From a virus: 39,764 bases of DNA. The translations under genes were made by a program, and so were the position numbers. The DNA is taken from the IMG/VR virus record IMGVR_UViG_3300033564_000224; one strand, given 5' to 3'. This document shows positions 16,557 to 22,255 of this stretch, piece after piece. Under the pieces are notes generated by a model. It saw nothing but the letters and a program-made list of their open reading frames with translations. It did no database searches and was not told the DNA's origin. The stretch's first letter is position 1. Every line of letters starts with the position of its first letter.

Positions 16557-17435
16557 CTAGCCATTAGACTCGCCTTCAACTGGCGAAGTAATTACATAAT
16601 CTTTCATCACAATGCCTTTTTCAATACTTCCGCGCACTTGGCTATTCCACCAATACATATCTTTATATTTTCCGAAAAGACCTTCTCCTTTTGAAAAATC
16701 CTTGAAATGTCCACGACAGATATGCAGTGATTGTTTCAATCCTAAACTTTCGGATTTTCCTTCCTCACGCAAAACTTTTTTCATCGGTTCAATTTCGAGA
16801 ACCTTATACTTAATTTTTGATGAATTCCTATTGCGTTTTTCATTTTTTTTATCATCTGATTTACGCGGAATAATTTCTACATTTTTACAATGTAGAAATG
16901 AAATTGCTAAAAGTGCTGGGTAAACATTCACAAATAATTCATCATATATTTTATGAACTCTTTCCGTTGCATTTATTTCTTCTGGAATAATTGCCATGTA
17001 TTGAACTTCTTCGCCATATTTAGCAATCCTTCCGTCTTTTTCGATTGCAAGCCCATACATAAAATAATCATTATTTACGCGCTCTGAATTTCCTAAAAAC
17101 AATGACATTAATAATCCCCACTTCGCCCCGCTCTCTGTAATGTCAACTGAACTAAATAAAACTCCAACACGAGTTCCGCTTGAATCGCGTTTATGATTTT
17201 CTCCATCGAAATGAAGCACTCCAGACGGCATTGAATATTCCATCCACATATTTTCAAATGGAGGCGCAAGGTTTGGAAAATCTTTTTCAAAATCCCATTC
17301 ATCTTGTTCACTTTTCCAAAAGTATTCAGCGACATTATCAATTAATATGATTTCCGAATTATCAATTTTAGAAATCATATCTTTAGTCAGAATACTGTTT
17401 TTGTTCTTAAGAATATTTCTATAAAGCGTATTCAT
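16557..17435 (-). CDS. cassette 5 ORF: hypothetical protein (292 aa), visibly AT-rich
   Basis: ORF track with SD AAAGGA. K/N/E/I-rich composition unlike the rest of the genome. C-terminal motif HICRGHFKDF...GLFGKY...WWNSQVRG was not recognised. Confidence 0.7.
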   Translation of the reverse strand: MNTLYRNILKNKNSILTKDMISKIDNSEIILIDNVAEYFWKSEQDEWDFEKDFPNLAPPFENMWMEYSMPSGVLHFDGENHKRDSSGTRVGVLFSSVDITESGAKWGLLMSLFLGNSERVNNDYFMYGLAIEKDGRIAKYGEEVQYMAIIPEEINATERVHKIYDELFVNVYPALLAISFLHCKNVEIIPRKSDDKKNEKRNRNSSKIKYKVLEIEPMKKVLREEGKSESLGLKQSLHICRGHFKDFSKGEGLFGKYKDMYWWNSQVRGSIEKGIVMKDYVITSPVEGESNG

Positions 17436-17453
17436 AATTTATCCTTTTGGGTT

Positions 17454-17541
17454 GCCTAACTTTTGCGTTACCCGCGCCGCGCCTGTAACCTGTCCAAAAA
17501 TGGCGGACGTGGCGCGGCGTCGGGTGCACGCCTTGTTAGAC
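17454..17541 (-). repeat. attC-like site 4 (88 bp)
   Basis: R'' GTCTAAC AAG GCGT G CACCCG A CGCCGCGCC...GGCGCGGCG CGGGTA ACGC AAAA, R' GTTAGGC. Confidence 0.8.
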
Positions 17542-17712
17542 CGCGCTCTCAATCACAAAGGTGTTGAAGTACGCAACAACCTTTTCCATCTCGGTAATTG
17601 CTACGGCATAACGCCGTGCTTCTTCGGTGCGCTCGGCTGGCTTTGCTTCACGCAACTTCATCAGCGCGAGTTTCAGAGATAGCATAACTTCTTCGTTTAC
17701 TGTTGTTTCCAT
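17536..17712 (-). CDS. cassette 4 ORF: 58-aa helical protein (below the ORF-track cutoff)
   Basis: Own translation: METTVNEEVMLSLKLALMKLREAKPAERTEEARRYAVAITEMEKVVAYFNTFVIESAV. SD AAGGA 7 nt upstream. The stop TAA lies inside R''. Confidence 0.55.
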   Translation of the reverse strand: METTVNEEVMLSLKLALMKLREAKPAERTEEARRYAVAITEMEKVVAYFNTFVIESAV

Positions 17713-17750
17713 TTTATTTTCCTTTACCGACTTCCTTTTGCAAGGGAGCG

Positions 17751-17841
17751 GCCTAACGGCTTGCGTTACTGGCTTGCGCCACTAACTTGATTGCTTTCAG
17801 GCGCGACGGCTGGCGCAAGTCCAGTGCACGCGGTGTTGGAA
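17751..17841 (-). repeat. attC-like site 3 (91 bp)
   Basis: R'' TTCCAAC ACC GCGT G CACTGG A CTTGCGCCA...TGGCGCAAG CCAGTA ACGC AAGCC, R' GTTAGGC. Confidence 0.8.
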
Positions 17842-18191
17842 GGCGTAGATGGATTTATGTATTCAAATTCGATACGTGTGACTTCAGCGGATGACGGCAC
17901 ACCCATTTCACGCATGAACATATCAATAAACCATTCCACGCTTTGACCTTCAAAACCTTCACGAATAACATCATCAGGAGTGATGTCGTAAAGCCTTTCA
18001 CGGCGGACATTTACCACGCGGATTTTTGCAAGGCGTTCAATCTTTTCACCTTGCTTCAAACCCATGCACTTTACACAGGCATTGAGTTCATCGCCTTTCT
18101 TCAACATCAGCCAACCCAAACGGCGAGTGACTGTCTTTTGTTGCTTTCGTACCTGCTCAGTTGTGAGCATGAATGAGATATTTCTAGCCAT
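17766..18191 (-). CDS. cassette 3 ORF: ASCH-domain-like protein (141 aa) with an attC-encoded tail
   Basis: ISFMLTTEQVRKQQKTVTRRLGW..LKKGDEL matches the ASCH N-terminal pattern. The last ~28 aa are translated from attC 3. Confidence 0.6.
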   Translation of the reverse strand: MARNISFMLTTEQVRKQQKTVTRRLGWLMLKKGDELNACVKCMGLKQGEKIERLAKIRVVNVRRERLYDITPDDVIREGFEGQSVEWFIDMFMREMGVPSSAEVTRIEFEYINPSTPSNTACTGLAPAVAPESNQVSGASQ

Positions 18192-18211
18192 AAGACACCT
18201 TTGCTTTAGCC

Positions 18212-18339
18212 TTCCAACGGTTTGCTTTACCAGCGCTGGGTGGGCGCGGATTCGGCTTGGGATGTGGATAATGCTGAGGCTTGTAAACTGCTTGTAGAAA
18301 CCGCCGAATCCCCAGCGTCGGGTGCAAGCTGTGTTGGGC
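18212..18339 (-). repeat. attC-like site 2 (128 bp)
   Basis: R'' GCCCAAC ACA GCTT G CACCCG A CGCTGGG...CCCAGCG CTGGTA AAGC AAACC, R' GTTGGAA. Confidence 0.75.
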
Positions 18340-18493
18340 GTTGTTTATCTTTACGAGCGGCTTCTATTGCCTTCAAGCGCGTCGCTGTTTCTGCAATGCA
18401 ATGACCTACGCCTGCACTAGACCACTCGTAAACATGATACATGCCATCAGCCCATTGAAAAATACGATAACCATTTGGAGCGCGTTTTGTCAT
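18227..18493 (-). CDS. cassette 2 ORF: hypothetical protein (88 aa, start re-assigned) with an attC-encoded tail
   Basis: ATG at 18493 after AAGGA. The C-terminal ~37 aa (RPTQLAPDAGDSAVS...) are encoded by attC 2. Confidence 0.6.
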   Translation of the reverse strand: MTKRAPNGYRIFQWADGMYHVYEWSSAGVGHCIAETATRLKAIEAARKDKQRPTQLAPDAGDSAVSTSSLQASALSTSQAESAPTQRW

Positions 18494-18526
18494 TTTCAAT
18501 TCCTTTATTGTGTTGAGCAAGGAAAC

Positions 18527-18618
18527 GCCCAACGGTTTGCGTTAGTTGCGTGGGGCGGCGTTACCTTCGCTTTCAGTACGCCAGCCCGCCCCACGTCAAC
18601 TGCACGCGATTGTTAGAC
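18527..18618 (-). repeat. attC-like site 1 (92 bp)
   Basis: R'' GTCTAAC AATC GCGT G CAGTTG A CGTGGGGCGG...CCGCCCCACG CAACTA ACGC AAACC, R' GTTGGGC. Confidence 0.8.
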
Positions 18619-18963
18619 CCCGCCCCGTTCTGACGGGGCTTTGATTACGCGGCCATACTTTGCTATAAGTTTTTGGCAGAAACTTTCACTGATTTGTCCG
18701 CGCCAAATTTCTTTGGGCGGGACATCCACAATGTATTTCTTTTTCCTTTCGACAGTTGTTCTTCCGTTACCTTCTATGCGTTCTCCGCGCAAATAGTAAC
18801 TTCCATCATCTACATTCACTTCGTTTTCATAATGACCGACGGCTTGCGTGTGTTCGACAACTACGCCATCAGTGTAGATGGTTACCACATGAATTTCTTT
18901 CCCGTTTGAGTCAGGGAAAAAACGGAACGTTTCCCCAAATGTGAACTTTTCAACTTTTGCCAT
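18613..18963 (-). CDS. cassette 1 ORF: hypothetical protein (116 aa), paralog of the cassette 7 ORF
   Basis: ORF track. Its leader TTAGACCTTATCTTGTAAAAGGAGAGTTGCA is identical to cassette 7. Confidence 0.75.
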   Translation of the reverse strand: MAKVEKFTFGETFRFFPDSNGKEIHVVTIYTDGVVVEHTQAVGHYENEVNVDDGSYYLRGERIEGNGRTTVERKKKYIVDVPPKEIWRGQISESFCQKLIAKYGRVIKAPSERGGV

Positions 18964-18988
18964 TGCAACTCTCCTTTTACAAGATAAG

Positions 18989-18995
18989 GTCTAAC
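18989..18995 (-). other. first core recombination site (GTTAGAC) at the head of the array, in an attI-like position
   Basis: Minus strand: TGA G TTAGAC. The core site directly follows the stop of the intI remnant. Identity with the cassette 7 copy starts exactly at this G. Confidence 0.65.
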
Positions 18996-19181
18996 TCATG
19001 ATTCTACTAGCGCACGCCGTATAACAGGTGACGCCAATTGACGATCCAACGGTGAACGAACTGCCGCGCCCCCAAGTAAATGTACATAGATCATTGTTGT
19101 CTCAAGTTTCTGATGTCCGAGCAACTCCTGAATAGTCCGAATATCCGTTCCCGATTGATATAAATGCGTCGCGTACTTCAT
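18996..19181 (-). pseudogene. intI: 5'-truncated integron integrase (intI-like tyrosine recombinase) remnant, C-terminal ~60 codons only
   Basis: [45 protein letters not shown] matches box II of tyrosine recombinases (LLGH...Y) plus the IntI-typical VRSPLD ending. An in-frame TGA lies 2 codons upstream of the first Met. Confidence 0.75.
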
Positions 19182-19215
19182 CCATCAACTTAGCCATAGC
19201 ATCACCCTATACAAC

Positions 19216-19360
19216 GCAAATTCCTGCCAAAGAACCGAAATCTCCGGGAGCTACCAACTCAACGGCGACACGCATTTCTCTGGCAGGAATTTGCCTGTGA
19301 ATATGAAATTGTAATAGAACGATCTTCACAAAATAAAACGCATCGCCCGTGGAAAAGAGT
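19216..19360. repeat. two interleaved perfect inverted repeats (14 bp and 13 bp)
   Basis: gcaaattcctgcca (19216-19229) pairs with tggcaggaatttgc (19281-19294). gagctaccaactc (19248-19260) pairs with gagttggtagctc (19347-19359). The order is A-B-A'-B'. Confidence 0.8.
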
Positions 19361-19375
19361 TGGTAGCTCGGTTTC

Positions 19376-19404
19376 ATTTTACAAGCTACGATTCTCAATG
19401 TCAA
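19376..19404 (-). promoter_or_regulatory. near-consensus sigma70 promoter pointing into the intI remnant and cassette array
   Basis: Minus strand: TTGACA (19404-19399), a 17-nt spacer, then TAAAAT (19381-19376). Confidence 0.6.
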
Positions 19405-19418
19405 TAGGAATACAAACG

Positions 19419-19952
19419 CTATCTGCGCCACGTAGCCGCGCGAAGCTCGGGAGCAACATACTTCAGCCCGCACAGTTGAAAAAAATCTTCCTCCTCCAAA
19501 ATATGCACTGGGCTATTATCTCGGCTGCTCCAAACCGCGCCGTCTTTTACATACACCGTATCAGGCAGCGCCCCGCCAATCGCCCGATGCGAAACCATCC
19601 ACTGGCTGAAATCCGCAGGACCCGTGCGGATCATATATTGCACCCCCCAATCCGCTGGGGGAGTCACAATAAACAAATCCAAACTGATCCCGCTATACAA
19701 AGCAATTTTTTTATATTTATGCCCGTTCTTTTCAACCTTGCCCAAGTTGGAAAAATCAAACACATCCAAAGAATGGTCTTCCAGCACCGCACCAAACATA
19801 TCCGTTTGCATAAAAGGCACTGCCACGATCTCAATATCTTTCACCTCCGGCTTCCCTCGCCGAATAGAACCCGCGATCTCAATCCGCTTGCAAACGTCCC
19901 CCAATGTAGAAACCAATTGATTAGCCAACTGCAAAGCCTCAGTGTGTTCCAC
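19419..19952 (-). CDS. minimal Pol-beta/PolX-like nucleotidyltransferase (177 aa)
   Basis: IAGSIRRGKPEVKDIEIVAV fits the GS-x-RRGK...D-x-D/E palm motif of family X polymerases. A later ISLDLF supplies a third acidic residue. Confidence 0.6.
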   Translation of the reverse strand: MEHTEALQLANQLVSTLGDVCKRIEIAGSIRRGKPEVKDIEIVAVPFMQTDMFGAVLEDHSLDVFDFSNLGKVEKNGHKYKKIALYSGISLDLFIVTPPADWGVQYMIRTGPADFSQWMVSHRAIGGALPDTVYVKDGAVWSSRDNSPVHILEEEDFFQLCGLKYVAPELRAATWRR

Positions 19953-20262
19953 CGCGTACCTCCATATTCTTTTCCAGCAACACCTGCGAAAATTTGAAAA
20001 CCGTCTGCGCGTCCAGCTCCATAAACAACGAAACCAATCCCGGCACGCTGATCTCCCAAACTTTCACATCGTCGCAAATAGAACAGCGGATCGGCATCCG
20101 CCCATCCAGCGGACCTAACAGATCCACCTCATTAGGTTGTTCAACATCCATATCCAACGCCTTCCGCAGTACACTCAATTGCGGAAGATCATCACCATTC
20201 CAACGGATAAACCCGAGGATATGGTTATTTCTACAACGCCACTGCTTTATCTGCCTAGCCAT
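19939..20262 (-). CDS. hypothetical Cys/His-containing protein (107 aa, start re-assigned)
   Basis: ATG at 20262 after AAAGGAG. WRCRNNH...RCSICDD suggests a zinc-binding site. Confidence 0.5.
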   Translation of the reverse strand: MARQIKQWRCRNNHILGFIRWNGDDLPQLSVLRKALDMDVEQPNEVDLLGPLDGRMPIRCSICDDVKVWEISVPGLVSLFMELDAQTVFKFSQVLLEKNMEVRGGTH

Positions 20263-20275
20263 CACACTCCTTTGG

Positions 20276-20752
20276 TTACGCCATGCCGCCAACAGCCACA
20301 CATCGCGCAGGCATCCACTCCGCAGCCTGCAAAATACAACCATGCACATCCATGCCCATCGCCATGCCCTTTGACAACTCCGCAACATACGCATCCCGCG
20401 GCGCAAAATGAGTCCGTATAAAAAACTGTTCCCAAGCCATCTCAATGCACGTACTCACGCGCTCGGCATATAAATAATGCACGAACATAAACCTGCGGAA
20501 TTTCTTCGGGCTGAGATATTGCACCTCCCACGGACCATATACCGCCCACGTCACATCCAACGAGAACAATCCCAAATCCGCATCTGCCGCCGCCTCAACC
20601 TGCATCTTCGCCACAGACAGTTCCGGCACCTGAATGCCATATTGCCATAATGCCGTCACAGCATCATCCGCCGCAAACGCAGAATCACCAATAATTTTGA
20701 CTTGTCTCATTCCATCGTGTGAAAGTTTATTCGTTGTTACCTGTCGCATCAC
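20276..20752 (-). CDS. hypothetical protein (158 aa)
   Basis: ORF track. No family recognised. Confidence 0.5.
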   Translation of the reverse strand: MMRQVTTNKLSHDGMRQVKIIGDSAFAADDAVTALWQYGIQVPELSVAKMQVEAAADADLGLFSLDVTWAVYGPWEVQYLSPKKFRRFMFVHYLYAERVSTCIEMAWEQFFIRTHFAPRDAYVAELSKGMAMGMDVHGCILQAAEWMPARCVAVGGMA

Positions 20753-20760
20753 ATCACCAT

Positions 20761-20780
20761 TTATCTTTCATCTTTCATCG
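20761..20780 (-). repeat. GATGAAA heptamer repeat variant upstream of 20276..20752
   Basis: Minus strand: CGATGAAAGATGAAAGATAA. Confidence 0.5.
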
Positions 20781-20882
20781 CTCAACCCGCCAAACTCTCC
20801 CCTCCCCTATCTATGGAGGATGTCCGTTTCCACGTCCACACCCAGCGCACGCACAAAACCATACATCGGGGGAGGGGGGTTA

Positions 20883-20922
20883 TTGACGGTTAAATTGATA
20901 TTTGCGTATTTGACGGTTAAAT
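20883..20922. repeat. two perfect 13-bp direct repeats, 27 bp apart (candidate centromere or operator)
   Basis: ttgacggttaaat occurs at 20883-20895 and 20910-20922, immediately 3' of the ParR-like gene. Confidence 0.6.
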
Positions 20923-20925
20923 ACT

Positions 20926-21195
20926 CTAAGAGCCAAAAGCCGAAAGCAAATCATGCAGAGCATCCATAGCTTCCTCAGTATTGCCATCTTTCACAGCCAC
21001 CGCAACCCGCTCACCCAGTTCACCATTCAGCGCAGCCACCAACAAACCCCACGCCACAGGGAACGCAGTCCGGTTTTTTACATTTTCAAAATACCAATCC
21101 AAGGCTTTCTGCTCACGCTGATCAACAACAGGCTGACGAATATTTCCATCCAACCGCACACGCAAAGAAGGAACTTTATTTTTTGGCTTTGCCAT
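20926..21195 (-). CDS. ParR-like small DNA-binding protein (possible ribbon-helix-helix; 89 aa, start re-assigned)
   Basis: It lies directly downstream of the ParM-like gene. Basic N-terminus MAKPKNKVPSLRVRLD has beta-strand character. SD AAGGA. Confidence 0.4.
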   Translation of the reverse strand: MAKPKNKVPSLRVRLDGNIRQPVVDQREQKALDWYFENVKNRTAFPVAWGLLVAALNGELGERVAVAVKDGNTEEAMDALHDLLSAFGS

Positions 21196-21258
21196 TCTTT
21201 TCCTTTTCTTTTGTTTTCCCAGATGAAGCAAATCATCTGGGAAAACTTTTAGAAGACA

Positions 21259-22239
21259 CTATTTCAAAGAGAAACCGATCTTATACAAACCGTTTGCAAT
21301 TGCCATAACAGGATCATCCGCCATAATGGACTTTCCATTGAACTTGGCTCGTAAATATTTTTCAAGCAATATTGATCCGCCGCCAACTAAAAACACACGA
21401 TGGAAACGGTGATAACTCTGACCCCAAAGCGAGTTCACAAAACCAACCACCTCACTCGCCCAACTCTCCAAATGCGGAGTTACATCCAATTCATCGGGCA
21501 GCGTTCCAGCGCGCAGCATTTCGTCAAACTCGCCGAACGTGTAATAACCGTTTGGGTCTACCCGCCGCCATAGTTGACGCACTCCAATCGACTTGCCGCC
21601 GTTGAATCGCTTTGTATCTTCATCGCGTTTTGTTACCAACGCCTCAACCGTATTGGAGCCAATTGAAATTGTTGCGCATTCATTTTTCAGCGCCTTTATT
21701 CGCTCTTCGCTGATTGCCTTGCCAAAAATATCCAACGCATAATCAACTGGCGCGCCTAAAGCCTGCGGATAAAGTTCCACTCGCTCTACCTCAAGCGTAT
21801 AGCGTTCACCGTCTGCCATCCACTCATGCGAGCCAGCCAGCCAGCCATTCACGCCCTTGCGAAACTTTGCCACGTTTGCGCCTTCGCCCATCAACATCTG
21901 GAAAGGCAAACCAACGATCAGAGTCAACGCATCATCAAACGCGCCATATTTACGCATATAAGATGTCATCGCTCCGTAAAACACGCCGCGCATTTCAGGC
22001 GTTCCAGCCAGGCGGTCAAAGTCCAAATTCTCAATAGGCGTCCCGTAGGAATGCGCGCCATGCCCCACGAACAATTTCCCGAAATCACCTTCCACAACCA
22101 CAGGCTTCTTGCGTTTCTTGCCAAAATCAGCCACATCAGAACCGTACAACGCCGCCATACTTGCAAACTGCAAAGCCCCGCGCACACCTACAAATTTCAA
22201 AGAACTTTGTCCCAAATCACAACCAAATTTGATAGTCAT
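21259..22239 (-). CDS. parM: actin-like segregation ATPase (ParM/StbA family)
   Basis: 326 aa with actin-fold motifs: FGCDLGQSSLK (phosphate 1), IVGLP, ISIGSNTVE (phosphate 2), VFLVGGGS (adenosine), AIANGLY. Confidence 0.7.
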   Translation of the reverse strand: MTIKFGCDLGQSSLKFVGVRGALQFASMAALYGSDVADFGKKRKKPVVVEGDFGKLFVGHGAHSYGTPIENLDFDRLAGTPEMRGVFYGAMTSYMRKYGAFDDALTLIVGLPFQMLMGEGANVAKFRKGVNGWLAGSHEWMADGERYTLEVERVELYPQALGAPVDYALDIFGKAISEERIKALKNECATISIGSNTVEALVTKRDEDTKRFNGGKSIGVRQLWRRVDPNGYYTFGEFDEMLRAGTLPDELDVTPHLESWASEVVGFVNSLWGQSYHRFHRVFLVGGGSILLEKYLRAKFNGKSIMADDPVMAIANGLYKIGFSLK

Positions 22240-22255
22240 TCCATTCTCCTTTTAT

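Larger units (their letters stand above)
14296..19181 (-). mobile_element. integron-type gene cassette array: truncated intI remnant, core site, and 10 cassettes each ending in an attC-like site
   Basis: Ten co-oriented ORFs each have their own SD. Ten imperfect inverted repeats of 88-128 bp are bounded by RYYYAAC...GTTRRRY. An IntI-like C-terminal fragment sits at the head. Inferred cassette limits (G|TT): 18533-18994, 18218-18532, 17757-18217, 17460-17756, 16450-17459, 15983-16449, 15521-15982, 15195-15520, 14911-15194, 14302-14910. Confidence 0.85.

Noticed and set aside
14296-18618. The repeated ~90-130 bp elements as a CRISPR array
   Set aside because: The repeats vary in length and are internally palindromic. 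The intervening units are 160-880 bp and contain SD-preceded ORFs, and there are no cas genes. The attC model explains the ends, the structure and the spacing.
19150-19200. [11 protein letters not shown]... (alternative frame) as the preserved N-terminus of IntI, implying an internal deletion
   Set aside because: It shares nucleotides with the [10 protein letters not shown] frame, which is the convincing integrase motif. An 11-aa resemblance is too weak to support the idea.
19207-19473. 88-aa minus-strand ORF upstream of the intI remnant
   Set aside because: It spans the PolX stop, the promoter and both inverted-repeat pairs, and it has no SD. This is most likely non-coding regulatory DNA.
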